Positions 1-9,801 are shown, counted from the first letter of the stretch. The stretch is DNA of 64,000 nucleotides from an uncultured Bacteroidia bacterium (GCA_902785755.1 CACZZO010000010.1:43762-107761), one strand, 5' to 3'. Made by a program: numbers and translations. The notes: generated from the sequence alone by a model not told the origin.

Positions 1-1526
1 TTCCATTCAATCCATTGAGGTTCTGCTTCTTGTTTGTTTTTCGAGAAGTCGAAGGTGACCAAATAACCTTCATCCATACCGCGAGTGGCGAGATAGCCTG
101 AAAGCTGGTCGCGGCCAAGTTCCTCGTATTTGTCGCCATGCCAAATCTTCAATTCCACGATATACTCCTGCTTGTCGTAGGTCACCACCAAGTCCATGCG
201 GCGGTTGTCGCGGGTCTGCGGCTCCACGTAGTAGAACCCGATCCCGTTGATGATGGGTTTGAGGAAGGTAAGAAACAGCAGACGGCCTTCCTTTTCGAGG
301 AAAGGCTCGGTGCTTTCGCGGTACTCCTCGTGCATAAGGTCACGGAAACGGGTGACCACGTGCTCCATATTGAGTTTGCCATTTTGCACATAGTTCAGCA
401 CATACGGAGAGATTTTTGTCCCCTGTTCGCGCATGGTCTTGTTGCCGAAATACATGAACAAGGCCTCTTCGAAAATCAGGTTGTGGATTATTGTCTTGCC
501 ACGTTGGTTCTTGCGGATATAGGAGAACATATTGGCCAGCTTGACAATGGGATCCACCATTGTAAAAGAGTATTCCGCTCCGTTGACCACGATGGAAAAG
601 AGGAAATCTCTCAGTTCAATGTTGTTCTCGATGTTCTTTGAGAGGTCGTCAATAAGGGTGACATTTTCGCCTATCGCGATGATTTTCACGGCTTGCTGCA
701 CGTTGTCAAGCGTCCATTTCGCCTCCAAGCGTTCATCGATAATCTTACAAATCGCACTCACCAAATAAGGATAGCCCGTCGTGTATTTGTAGATCTCCTC
801 GCTGATGGCCTTAATGTCCATACCCGTATGCACATCGTTCTCGTAATCATTGAGCATCTGTGCGATTTCTTCGGGATGAAAAGTCATATCCACGTTGAAA
901 TCAGCGGCAATGTTCCAAGGTGAGTTGTATTTCTTTTCCGCGTCAGGACGGAGTTTCAGTTTGAGGTTCTTTATGTCGTAAACGCCGGCAAGAATGACGC
1001 TGTGGAAAGTATAGTTCATGCCCTCTTTATCACGTTCCAAGTATTTGTTGCGCAACATGCCCAAAAAATTCAGGAACAACTGATTGTCGCTACTCTTGTC
1101 CACTTCGTCGATGGTGACCACAACGGGTTTTGTACATGCCCTGCAAAAATCCGTGACAATCTCTGACAAATCATCTATTGATGAAGCATTGCCGTTTTGC
1201 CAAATCCCTATCAATGCCTCGTTTTGACGGAGTGAAACAAGATGCCTCGCCATTTGCCTTTTGAATGTGGTGACAAAAGTCGCAGGACTAGCAAAGGCCT
1301 CGTCTCCCAAACCTTCAAAACTCAGTGGGATGACCAAATATTTGTCCGATAATCTAAACCAAATCTTGTTCAGCATCGTCGTCTTCCCATACTGCCGCGC
1401 TCGGTTGATGGTGAAATATTCACCCATCTCTATCAATTCTTCCACGGCTTTGAATCGTTTTTCCGTATCCACCATATAGTGCCTTTCAGGGTTGCAACTG
1501 CCTGTAACATTGAATTTTTTTCTCAT
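1..1526 (-). CDS. AAA-ATPase-like / PD-(D/E)XK (PDDEXK_9-type) orphan family protein, 3' end cut by window edge
   Basis: Not in the ORF track because there is no stop inside the window. My translation of the minus strand from the ATG (complement of cat at 1524-1526) reads MRKKFNVTGSCNPERHYMVDTEKRFKAVEELIEMGEYFTINRARQYGKTT... It stays open to position 1 and passes ...RMDLVVTYDKQEYIVELKIWHGDKY, a nuclease-like D..E.K. Confidence 0.75.
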   Translation of the reverse strand, partial: MRKKFNVTGSCNPERHYMVDTEKRFKAVEELIEMGEYFTINRARQYGKTTMLNKIWFRLSDKYLVIPLSFEGLGDEAFASPATFVTTFKRQMARHLVSLRQNEALIGIWQNGNASSIDDLSEIVTDFCRACTKPVVVTIDEVDKSSDNQLFLNFLGMLRNKYLERDKEGMNYTFHSVILAGVYDIKNLKLKLRPDAEKKYNSPWNIAADFNVDMTFHPEEIAQMLNDYENDVHTGMDIKAISEEIYKYTTGYPYLVSAICKIIDERLEAKWTLDNVQQAVKIIAIGENVTLIDDLSKNIENNIELRDFLFSIVVNGAEYSFTMVDPIVKLANMFSYIRKNQRGKTIIHNLIFEEALFMYFGNKTMREQGTKISPYVLNYVQNGKLNMEHVVTRFRDLMHEEYRESTEPFLEKEGRLLFLTFLKPIINGIGFYYVEPQTRDNRRMDLVVTYDKQEYIVELKIWHGDKYEELGRDQLSGYLATRGMDEGYLVTFDFSKNKQEAEPQWIEW

Positions 1527-1548
1527 ATCAAATCCTTGATTAACTTTG

Positions 1549-1556
1549 CAAAAATA
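1549..1556 (-). promoter_or_regulatory. -7 box TATTTTTG for the AAA-ATPase-like gene
   Basis: CAAAAATA on the plus strand, 22 nt upstream of the ATG at 1526. Matches the Bacteroidota TAnnTTTG consensus. Confidence 0.5.
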
Positions 1557-1790
1557 CACATTTTCATCCTTCTTTCATCAAATCAATCTTTTTTCGCTAA
1601 CTTTGCGCCTAAATAGTAAACATGTCAAATCATGTCACAAAACCGACAAAACATACAAAACCATCCTTTGGCGTGGGCGGCTGCGCAACCGCGTCGCCGC
1701 CGGAAAGCCGCCGGTTGGCAGGCTTTCCTCAACCAAGAAAAAAGGTTTTGTCGGGTTTTGCAAGTTTTGTGATAAAAAAACACAACTGTT

Positions 1791-2543
1791 ATGAATAACG
1801 AAGAAAAAATCAAGCAAGCCGCCGAAATCCTCTCCAAGGCGAAAAACATCGTGGGCTTCACTGGCGCTGGCACTTCCGCCGAGAGCGGCATCCCGCCTTT
1901 CCGTGGCGAGGGCGGCATCTGGAATCAGTACGACCCCAACTCACTCGACATCGACTTCTACTATCGCCACACCAAGGAGTCGTGGAAGATCATCCGCGAG
2001 GTGTTCTATAACTTCTTCAGCAACAAGGACATCAAACCCAACCCAGGGCATCTCGTCTTGGCCAAATGGGAAAAGGAAGGCCGTTTGAGCAGCGTCATCA
2101 CGCAGAACATCGACGACCTGCACACCGTGGCAGGCAACAGCGTGGTGTATGAGTTCCACGGCAACATGTCGCGCTTCGTGTGCACCAAATGCGGTCATAA
2201 GGTCGATGCCAAGAGCCTGACACTCACAGAGGAACCGCCCCGTTGCGCCCAATGCGGCGGACTGATGAAGCCCGACTTCATCTTCTTCGGCGAGGGCATT
2301 CCAGAGGATGCCTATTACGGCTCGGTGAGGGCTGCCGAGAATTGCGACGCCTTCGTCATCATTGGCACTTCGGGGCAGGTTAGTCCAGCCAATATGATTC
2401 CCGGCATTGCCAAGCGCAACGGCGCGAAGATTATCGAAATCAACATGGAGCCTTCGACCTACACGAACTATATCACAGACGTTTATCTTGAAGGCAAGTC
2501 GGGTGAAATTCTGCCCGCGATTGATGCTTTGATGACGTCATAA
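1791..2543 (+). CDS. cobB: NAD-dependent protein deacylase, Sir2/CobB family
   Basis: 250 aa. Sirtuin motifs GAGTSAESGIPPFRG and TQNIDDLH, plus a CxxC...CxxC zinc module (CTKCGH...CAQCGG). No fused sensor or effector domain. Confidence 0.9.
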   Translation: MNNEEKIKQAAEILSKAKNIVGFTGAGTSAESGIPPFRGEGGIWNQYDPNSLDIDFYYRHTKESWKIIREVFYNFFSNKDIKPNPGHLVLAKWEKEGRLSSVITQNIDDLHTVAGNSVVYEFHGNMSRFVCTKCGHKVDAKSLTLTEEPPRCAQCGGLMKPDFIFFGEGIPEDAYYGSVRAAENCDAFVIIGTSGQVSPANMIPGIAKRNGAKIIEINMEPSTYTNYITDVYLEGKSGEILPAIDALMTS

Positions 2544-2549
2544 CCGTCG

Positions 2550-4010
2550 TTATTCAGCCATAAACGCGCCAACACGATTGATGCACAAAGTGCCCTTGAA
2601 CACCTTAAACCTAATTCTCAACTTATCTGCCCTAACGGTCTGAAAACGAACAAGTCGCTTGTAGCCGATGGTGGTTGTTGGCTCGTTCACTTCGATGGGA
2701 AGCCACTTCCCTTTGGCATAATAATCAAGGCAAAACGACTCAACATTTTGGCCTAAAGGAATATACTCTTGCAAAAGCAGTCGATTCAATGAGGTTTTTT
2801 CTGGGAAATCGAAGATGAGTTCGGCACGGGTCACGCCGTCTTCAGTCGCCCAATAGGTTGTGTAATCGTCATCCGTGACATATTTCGGATCAAAACGCCT
2901 TGAGCGGGTGTTGCTGGCGGTCACTTTGCTGCCTTTCAGGAGGTTGTTGGAAAAGTCCTTTTGTAACTTTTGATACCAATTCACGGCATTGGCCGAATCA
3001 ATCGAAGGAATCCTACCCTCTTGATTGACAGGAAAATTGAGCAACAGATTGGCGTTGTGGCCTACGCTGTTGAAATACAAATCCATCAATTGCTCCACGG
3101 TTCTCACTTGATTGTCCTCGCTCTCATGGTAGAACCAACCCGGACGAATCGAGACATCCACCTCGGCGGGCAGCCAAGCGTCGCCGTCCTTGAAGCCTCT
3201 GACAAGGCATTTTTCGTCGTTAAGCGACTGGAAATCTGTTTTATACATGCACCATTGTGTAGGCTCGGCAAAGCCTTTTTCGTTGCCGACCCAGCGCAAG
3301 GTGGGCATCGTGCCGCCGAAGATGGCCGCGTTGGGACTGTGGCTCCAAACGATGTCGCGGGCCTTTTCGTAGTCGTAATACTTCTCCGCCACGATGGAAC
3401 GCATCTCATCGGCACCGCCATACCAGCCCGTGCCGCCGTTGGCACCGTCGAACCAGAACTCGAACAACTCGCCATAGTTGCTCGTAAGTTCCTCTATCTG
3501 TTTGTGATAGATGTCCACATAGCCTTGATAGCCATACTCGGCTTGATGCCTATCCCAAGGCGAGACGTAAATCCCGAACTTCAAGTCGTGTTTCTTGCAA
3601 GCCTCCGAAAGTTCGCGCACCAAATCCCCTTGCCCATCTTTATAATAGGTGTTCTTGATGGAATAATCGGTGGTTTCGGTCGGCCAAAGGCAGAAGCCGT
3701 CGTGGTGCTTCGCGGTGAAGATAACGCCTTTCATGCCAGCGGCTTTCAAGGTCAAAACCCATTGCTCGCAGTCGATACTGTTCGGGTTGAAGGTGTATGA
3801 ATGTGAGTTGCCGTAGCCCCATTCCATGTCATTGAAGGTGTTCAGCCCGAAATGGATGAAGGCGTAGGTTTCAAGTTGCTGCCATTCAAGTTGTTGGGCA
3901 GTTGGGATGGGATAACTGGGTTCAGGGCGATGGGCGCACGAAACCAGAATCAGGAAACCAACAAACAAGGATGCCCTTTTTGGATTGAGTATCAAGTTTT
4001 TAAGGCTCAT
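2550..4010 (-). CDS. alpha-L-fucosidase (GH29), lipoprotein signal, C-terminal F5/8-type-C-like domain
   Basis: 486 aa. FTAKHHDGFCLWPT and YVSPWDRH are typical of GH29. N-terminal FLILVSC lipobox. Confidence 0.85.
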   Translation of the reverse strand: MSLKNLILNPKRASLFVGFLILVSCAHRPEPSYPIPTAQQLEWQQLETYAFIHFGLNTFNDMEWGYGNSHSYTFNPNSIDCEQWVLTLKAAGMKGVIFTAKHHDGFCLWPTETTDYSIKNTYYKDGQGDLVRELSEACKKHDLKFGIYVSPWDRHQAEYGYQGYVDIYHKQIEELTSNYGELFEFWFDGANGGTGWYGGADEMRSIVAEKYYDYEKARDIVWSHSPNAAIFGGTMPTLRWVGNEKGFAEPTQWCMYKTDFQSLNDEKCLVRGFKDGDAWLPAEVDVSIRPGWFYHESEDNQVRTVEQLMDLYFNSVGHNANLLLNFPVNQEGRIPSIDSANAVNWYQKLQKDFSNNLLKGSKVTASNTRSRRFDPKYVTDDDYTTYWATEDGVTRAELIFDFPEKTSLNRLLLQEYIPLGQNVESFCLDYYAKGKWLPIEVNEPTTTIGYKRLVRFQTVRADKLRIRFKVFKGTLCINRVGAFMAE

Positions 4011-4023
4011 TTCAAATGTATAT

Positions 4024-5553
4024 TTATTGTTTCAAAAACTTTCGCACCTCGCCATTCACACGAAGCATATACATACCCTTCGGCAAGCCGCTGATAGAGA
4101 TTCTGTTCTCCTTGTTTTTGAGTTGCAGGGTCATCACAGTCTTGCCGTTCAAGTCGAGGATTTCCGCTTGTCTATCTCCTTGGTTTACAAAGACATCGAT
4201 ATAGTCCGTGGCGGGATTGGGGCACACACGAAGCAAAGGTTCAGCCTGTATGTGCTCCGATTTCACCGAAACGGGAGCATCGGAATGTGCCTCAATCATG
4301 GCTTCAATCGTCCTGTTGCAGACGGCGCAGAAAGGCGCATAGTCGCGCATCATGCAGCGGCGTTGCGGCCGGTACATACCTTGCGTCAAGTAGCCGCCGC
4401 CCTCGAAAGCCCCTACCGTATTGTTATACTGATTGGTGTTGGGCGTGGGAATCGGGGTACCGGGCTGGACAAGGTCGGCCCATTTCGAGTCAAAATCCAC
4501 CAAGGTGGTTATGTTAGGCTCCCAAGGCTCCACATTCAAATTATATAGCAAGCCCATTGAATTGTCAGGCTCTTCGTATTCATCGGCCAAGCCTCCAAAA
4601 GCATGGCCAAACTCATGTACAATCACGCTGGAAGCCGACATGTTGCCCGCCGTGCTCATCGAATAGAAATTGTAGAACCCGCCGCCGCCATAAACATCGC
4701 TGTTCACCAAAATGTAGATTTGGTCGTAAGGCGCGTTGGCCGCCACGTCCTTCACCGCGAAATAGTTGCGTGTGGTGCAATAACGGTCGATATAAAAGGT
4801 GTAGAAATGCGAATTGAGGATGGTGCGCACCCAAGTGTGAGAGGCCGGAATGTCGACGCCGCTCTCCTCCGAAGGGGCAAGCACAGCGCGGAAATTGAAG
4901 TCGCTGATATGGCTTGCAAACGGCTCCGCTTGGGCGAACACATTGGCCAAATTCTGGCAATCTTGCACGAATTGCGACATTTCATCAGCGGTATAGCCTT
5001 CGGGCAAAATCACAACATCCACCTTGCTTTCGGGCGTTCCATTGACCATAATATCCTGAACGGGAAACACATAGCGCTGCTCCGTGGTGTTGAACATTTC
5101 GTTAGGCTCGTAGAGTTTCGAGAAAATTTCCTCAAACTCGCCGTCGAAATTCCTGATTTCGAGGATGATATAGGCCTCATTGCGCGGAAGGGGAGTGCTC
5201 ACGGATTCTTCATAGCAGCGTTCCATCACTCGGGCTTCGTCGGTGGTTTGCCATTCGCGGAACAAGGTGTTGTAACCTCTCGAATAAATGAGTGTATTGG
5301 TTTGTGCATCAATCACTTTCACTCGGTTGGTCCCGAAATTGAACGGGTCAACCAGATTGACTTTGGAGCCACCGAAATGAGGCTCTATGACGAAACGCTC
5401 AAACACATAATGCGAGCTGTCGGACGTGCCGCATTGGAAAACATCCATGCGCAACGAGCCTTCATCAAGGAAATACTGCCCGAAACTGATGTTTTGCGCC
5501 CACGAAAGCAGCGAAAACGCAATGGCAAACAGGAAAACAAGGGTCTTTTTCAT
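4024..5553 (-). CDS. M64 (IgA-peptidase-like) zinc metallopeptidase with T9SS C-terminal sorting domain
   Basis: 509 aa. Signal peptide, HEFGHAFGGLADEY zinc site, and a C-terminal VCPNPATDYIDVF...MYMLRVNG T9SS-type tail. Confidence 0.8.
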   Translation of the reverse strand: MKKTLVFLFAIAFSLLSWAQNISFGQYFLDEGSLRMDVFQCGTSDSSHYVFERFVIEPHFGGSKVNLVDPFNFGTNRVKVIDAQTNTLIYSRGYNTLFREWQTTDEARVMERCYEESVSTPLPRNEAYIILEIRNFDGEFEEIFSKLYEPNEMFNTTEQRYVFPVQDIMVNGTPESKVDVVILPEGYTADEMSQFVQDCQNLANVFAQAEPFASHISDFNFRAVLAPSEESGVDIPASHTWVRTILNSHFYTFYIDRYCTTRNYFAVKDVAANAPYDQIYILVNSDVYGGGGFYNFYSMSTAGNMSASSVIVHEFGHAFGGLADEYEEPDNSMGLLYNLNVEPWEPNITTLVDFDSKWADLVQPGTPIPTPNTNQYNNTVGAFEGGGYLTQGMYRPQRRCMMRDYAPFCAVCNRTIEAMIEAHSDAPVSVKSEHIQAEPLLRVCPNPATDYIDVFVNQGDRQAEILDLNGKTVMTLQLKNKENRISISGLPKGMYMLRVNGEVRKFLKQ

Positions 5554-5598
5554 CTCTAATTAGGTTTATTTTGTTAGGAATCTGAAAATTTGAAAGGG

Positions 5599-5606
5599 CA
5601 AAAATA
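5599..5606 (-). promoter_or_regulatory. -7 box TATTTTTG for the M64 peptidase gene
   Basis: CAAAAATA on the plus strand, 45 nt upstream of the ATG at 5553 and just downstream of the terminator of the preceding gene. Confidence 0.5.
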
Positions 5607-5684
5607 CAAAATTATCAGTCAGTTGAGGCGGGTTGTTGTTTTTTTTAATAACGCTCGTATTGAAACAATTGGGAAACGACCCAT

Positions 5685-5714
5685 AAAAAAAGCGGCCCCG
5701 GAATCTCCGAGGCC
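5685..5714 (-). terminator. rho-independent terminator after the BACON/LamG lipoprotein gene
   Basis: Hairpin GGCCcCGGA-atc-TCCGaGGCC (5694-5714). On the minus strand it is followed by a T7 run (A7 at 5685-5691 on plus). Confidence 0.65.
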
Positions 5715-5744
5715 ACCAGAAAAAATAGTCACAGATGTTTTCTT

Positions 5745-7613
5745 TTATTGCTTTGCGTTGAATAGCGTCTGAATCTCCGAGGCACTCAAAGCGCGGTTGT
5801 AGCTGCGGAAGTTGTCAAGCTTGCCGGTGTAGTATCCGAGGGTGTAATTTGTTATATCAGCACCGAAGAGAGTGGTGGTTACACTCGATCCCCATTCCAA
5901 TCTATCGCTTGAATGTGCCTCCAATACTGTACCGTCAACATAAACAATGCCAATAGTACCATTATAGGTTAAAGTCAACATGTGCCACTTGTTGTCGAGG
6001 TATGGCGAGATAACTTCGCCTGTCTGCCAATTGTAAGCAGATGAGTTCGGGTAATACCGGACGTTGTTGTTGGCGGTGATATACAATGCAGAGCACCTGT
6101 TGCCCCCTGAATGATTGTCGGAACCAATCAAGGCATGGTCGCCTTTACCAGTCTTAAACCAAATGTTGATTGTGTAGTTCTTTCCGCTGGGAACGATGCT
6201 GCCTTGAACAAGGACAGATGAAGATTGGCCATTGAATTGCAAGGACTTACCTTCGCCAGATGGTGTGTCGGTAGAGACTTCGGCACCACTATTGATACCC
6301 GTGTAGTTGCCATTATAGTCCACAATCTCATCGCCATCGAAGTTGAAGAAGCAGAACAGGCCATCGCCAATAACCACACTGTTGTCGACGTAAGAGGCCA
6401 TAACCGAAAGGCTCGCACTGTTGCCTCCGCCGTTTACGGTGACGTTGGTCGAAACATTGTCGTTGATTTTTGAGCGGTCGATGACGGCGGTCACAATGGT
6501 GCTGCTGCCTGCATTGGTACTGCCACTCATCGGATTGAAGGTAAGCCAATCCACATCCAAGGCACTGATGCTCCAGTCGAGCACCGTGCCAGCCGTGCCC
6601 ACATTCTTCACTTGGAAGGTCTTGGTGGTCTCAGTGTCGCCGAAGTTCAGCGTGTTTTCGCTCAGTTGCATCACTGCCGCGCCGCTGCCACCTGTCGAGG
6701 CGGTGAAAACGATGGTTGACGATGTGCCGCCACCACTCACCGTGACGGAAGTGGAGACGATGCCGTCGATTTTGGAGCGGTCAATAGTGGCCGTCACTTG
6801 GGTACTGCTGCCGCTGGCGGTGTTGCCCGAAGTGGGATTAAGCGTCAGCCAGTCCACGTTGATGTTGGAGCAAATCCAGTTGAGCGAGGTGCCGGCAGGA
6901 CCGACGTTCATCACCGAGAAGGTCAAGTTGGTGGCTGTGGTGCCAAAATCCAATGTGGTTTCGCTTAGTTGCAGTTGAGGTCCGTTGCTGCCCGAAACGC
7001 TTACGTTCACGGGAAGCACAACGCTTTGGTCGGCTGTGCGGACGGTGAGGTTGGCGGTGACGCTTTGCTCAATCAGCGAGCGGTCGATGTTCACCGTGAT
7101 GGTGGATTCTTGGCCCCCTTGCAGGTTGCCAGTGGAAGGCGTAACGGTCATCCAGTTCATGCTTTCCATGATTTCCCAACTCAGCGGCAGGGTTGCGCTG
7201 GCGTTGATGATCTTGAACTGCAATTGTGAGAAGTTGGTGCTGAAGTCGAGGTACTCCACATTGAGGCGGAAGCCGTTGACGACGGGGCGCAGTTGCATGT
7301 CGCCCGACGACACATTGCCCGCCGTGATGGTGATGTTCTTTGTGTTGCTCTCGAAACCGTTCTTTACACCTTGCACGGTGTAGTTGCCCGCTTCAAGGTT
7401 GGTGAACTCATAGCGTCCGTCGCTGCCGGTAACGGCTGAGGCACCCATTGGGCTGAGCGAGATGTTCACGCCTTGGATGGGTTCGTTAGTGTTGGCATTG
7501 GTCACAAGGCCCTGGATTTTGCCCACGGCCTTCTCCTTTTCGCATGAGGTCATCATGCACACTGCAAAGGCGAAAAACACGCCTAAAATCAGATTGAAAT
7601 TTACTTTTTTCAT
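5745..7613 (-). CDS. surface lipoprotein: CarboxypepD_reg-like domain + three BACON-like repeats + LamG/concanavalin-like C-terminal domain
   Basis: 622 aa. Lipobox MMTSC, and N-terminal GLVTNANTNEPIQGVNISL...YEFTNLEAGNYTV. Three ~100-aa internal repeats (L.FG....T.TF.V.NVG.AGT.L.W.....VDWLT.NP.SG......S..VTA.IDRSKI). C-terminal KLDNFRSYNRALSASEI is LamG-type. Confidence 0.65.
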   Translation of the reverse strand: MKKVNFNLILGVFFAFAVCMMTSCEKEKAVGKIQGLVTNANTNEPIQGVNISLSPMGASAVTGSDGRYEFTNLEAGNYTVQGVKNGFESNTKNITITAGNVSSGDMQLRPVVNGFRLNVEYLDFSTNFSQLQFKIINASATLPLSWEIMESMNWMTVTPSTGNLQGGQESTITVNIDRSLIEQSVTANLTVRTADQSVVLPVNVSVSGSNGPQLQLSETTLDFGTTATNLTFSVMNVGPAGTSLNWICSNINVDWLTLNPTSGNTASGSSTQVTATIDRSKIDGIVSTSVTVSGGGTSSTIVFTASTGGSGAAVMQLSENTLNFGDTETTKTFQVKNVGTAGTVLDWSISALDVDWLTFNPMSGSTNAGSSTIVTAVIDRSKINDNVSTNVTVNGGGNSASLSVMASYVDNSVVIGDGLFCFFNFDGDEIVDYNGNYTGINSGAEVSTDTPSGEGKSLQFNGQSSSVLVQGSIVPSGKNYTINIWFKTGKGDHALIGSDNHSGGNRCSALYITANNNVRYYPNSSAYNWQTGEVISPYLDNKWHMLTLTYNGTIGIVYVDGTVLEAHSSDRLEWGSSVTTTLFGADITNYTLGYYTGKLDNFRSYNRALSASEIQTLFNAKQ

Positions 7614-7632
7614 TGTTGTTTGATATTTGTAA

Positions 7633-8373
7633 TTAGGGTTTTACGAATTTGATTTTTGCAAAATTGGCAAAGCATGGTTCCAAAACAAACCAACCTTCTT
7701 TTTCTATAGTCTCTCCATTTTTTAGTTGCTTCTTTTCATTATAGGAGATGCCCAATACGTTGGTTTCTACTTCGTTGCCTTTGGAGTCAAGCAGAACATT
7801 CCCATTAGCATCAAGACATTTGTAAAGCCCAGACCTCATGCTATCGAGTTTTTCGATTATCTTTGCGTCCACTGGCTTCACTTTGTAATTAAAGGTGAGC
7901 GTCGTCCTATTGCAACTGCCCATGTGTTTGGTAATTCCTGAAATCTTGCACTCCACGACCTCAAAGCCCAAACCCTCTTCACACTCAAAAGGAATGTCCT
8001 TGCCGATGAGCGTTGCCATTTCCTTTTCCAAGGCTGCATTGGCATCTGCCACAATCTGTTTCCCTCTCTCCTTATGCTCCGCACTGATCTTTGCATAGTT
8101 TTGCTCTCTTTTGTCACTGTTGTCAGCGTACTTTTCCTTGTTTTTCTGTCTTGCTTCCTCATACTCCGCTTCACTTGCATTCCACTTGGCGGCATACTCA
8201 CATGAAATGTTCACCAAATCACCCAAAATCTCGTTCTTTGGAGTTCTTTGGAACTTCACGTCACTTTTAGTTTTTGCTTCGCCATCTCCACCGCCTCCAC
8301 AGGAAGCGAGAATGAGCGAGGTCGCGAAAATGCCTGCGCAAAACAGGGTTGCTAATACGCTTTTCTTTTTCAT
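7633..8373 (-). CDS. hypothetical lipoprotein, probably co-transcribed with 5745-7613
   Basis: 246 aa. MKKKSVLATLFCAGIFATSLILASCGGG lipoprotein signal. There is a 19-nt gap to the downstream gene. No family recognised. Confidence 0.6.
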   Translation of the reverse strand: MKKKSVLATLFCAGIFATSLILASCGGGGDGEAKTKSDVKFQRTPKNEILGDLVNISCEYAAKWNASEAEYEEARQKNKEKYADNSDKREQNYAKISAEHKERGKQIVADANAALEKEMATLIGKDIPFECEEGLGFEVVECKISGITKHMGSCNRTTLTFNYKVKPVDAKIIEKLDSMRSGLYKCLDANGNVLLDSKGNEVETNVLGISYNEKKQLKNGETIEKEGWFVLEPCFANFAKIKFVKP

Positions 8374-8497
8374 AGTTTAATGTGCCACGGTTATTACCCA
8401 TTATGGCTCGTCGGGGTTAATTGTTGGAATGAAATTAAATTGGAGCAAATGTCACCATAATTCCTTGCATCGGTCTTTCATTCGCCCAAAAATTGGT

Positions 8498-8566
8498 TTG
8501 CAATGCGTAAAAATCACAGCCAGTTTTCGTCATTGCGTAAAATTTTAGTTGCAATGCGTAAAAAAT
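8498..8566 (+). repeat. three direct copies of (TTGCA)ATGCGTAAAA(A)T upstream of the AraC-family gene
   Basis: Cores at 8503-8512 (ATGCGTAAAA), 8533-8542 (TTGCGTAAAA) and 8554-8563 (ATGCGTAAAA). The first and third copies share TTGCAATGCGTAAAAAT. Confidence 0.7.
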
Positions 8567-8610
8567 CCAGGTAAATGGCATCATTTGTTAAATAGAGGAG
8601 AGAAAAACCG

Positions 8611-8618
8611 TACCTTTG
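8611..8618 (+). promoter_or_regulatory. -7 box TACCTTTG upstream of the AraC-family gene
   Basis: Only 5 nt before ATG 8624. This implies either a leaderless mRNA or use of a downstream Met. Confidence 0.45.
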
Positions 8619-8623
8619 CCAAC

Positions 8624-9739
8624 ATGGATACCGACTTGTTTTACATATTGCTGCTCTGTTTCGTATCTGGCATGACGCAATGTTTGTTGACGTTATGCGG
8701 CATTTACATGCTCTTGAAACACCGTAACTACCAGTTTCAAAGGATTTTTGCTGTTGTCTTGATCTTGCATGGCGTCTGCTTTTTCAATAACTTCGTGGTA
8801 TTGGCTTGTCGCCATCAGCCTTACTCCGAGTTCCTCAACACCTTTTTGGTAATTTTCGACTACATCATCGTGGGCGGTTACATGATGTTCGCGGTCTCAT
8901 TGGTTTTTCCTAATCGATATAAGATTCATCAGCTTCTGCTTTTGGAAGTACCTTATATAATTGCCCTACTCTTGTTTGCTATTAGCCGAAATCCCATGGT
9001 TTTGGCAGTCATGCAAATATACACTTTGGCGGTTTCGATAGCCTTACTGGTGTATTTGGTCCGTTCCATCAAGAAACACACTCGGATGTTACTGGACAAT
9101 GTTGGAGACCTTGAGTATTTTGACCTGCGATGGAGCAACATTTTGATTGTCCTCTATTTCGCTTTCCAACTGCTATGGGCTATTGAAAGCCTATCGCAAC
9201 AGTCATGGTTTACAGAACCCTCTACTGGAAGCAACTTGATTTTCGACGCGCTTTATTGCCTCGTCTGCATCGGCATTGTTTTATACGTCATGCACAAACT
9301 GATACAACAGCAGGTGTTCACGCTCTCCCCCGCCGACGAATGTGAAAATGAGCCTCAAGAACCAGCCACTACCACGCCCCAACACAATGCAGGCAAACCC
9401 TTGATTGGTTATGACATCGACAAGGTCATGAGCGAAAAACAGTATTATCAGGACAATACACTGACAGTGCAGAAGTTGGCACATCATTTGGGCACCAACC
9501 GGCAATACCTCAGTAACCATATTAATCAAGAACTTCATACGACCTTCTACGACTACATCAACGATTTCCGTTTAGAGGATGCCAAAGCCATGTTAGATAG
9601 TCAAAACTCTGAAAACCAACATTCTTTGGAAGATATTGCCATGATGGCAGGCTTCAATTCCTACGCCACTTTCCTGCGCTCGTTCAAGAAAAAGTATGGG
9701 CAAACGCCGTCGCAATACCTTACGGAGAAAAAATCGTGA
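8624..9739 (+). CDS. membrane-anchored AraC-family (HTH_18) transcriptional regulator
   Basis: I trimmed the track ORF 8549-9739 to the first ATG at 8624 (MDTDLFYILLL). About 6 hydrophobic helices precede the C-terminal AraC HTH (LTVQKLAHHLGTNRQYLSNHI...IAMMAGFNSYATFLRSFKKKYGQTPSQY). Confidence 0.8.
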   Translation: MDTDLFYILLLCFVSGMTQCLLTLCGIYMLLKHRNYQFQRIFAVVLILHGVCFFNNFVVLACRHQPYSEFLNTFLVIFDYIIVGGYMMFAVSLVFPNRYKIHQLLLLEVPYIIALLLFAISRNPMVLAVMQIYTLAVSIALLVYLVRSIKKHTRMLLDNVGDLEYFDLRWSNILIVLYFAFQLLWAIESLSQQSWFTEPSTGSNLIFDALYCLVCIGIVLYVMHKLIQQQVFTLSPADECENEPQEPATTTPQHNAGKPLIGYDIDKVMSEKQYYQDNTLTVQKLAHHLGTNRQYLSNHINQELHTTFYDYINDFRLEDAKAMLDSQNSENQHSLEDIAMMAGFNSYATFLRSFKKKYGQTPSQYLTEKKS

Positions 9740-9801
9740 CCAAATCAAAAATTCAAGTCACATAAACGTTTTTTTTCCTATCTTGCGCCCAAATTAATCG
9801 A

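Noticed and set aside
1791-2543. Sir2 domain as a defence (Thoeris / DSR / SIR2-HerA-type) effector.
   Set aside because: It is a 250-aa stand-alone CobB-type sirtuin with an intact zinc module. It has no fused sensor domain and no partner gene, so it fits the housekeeping deacylase interpretation.
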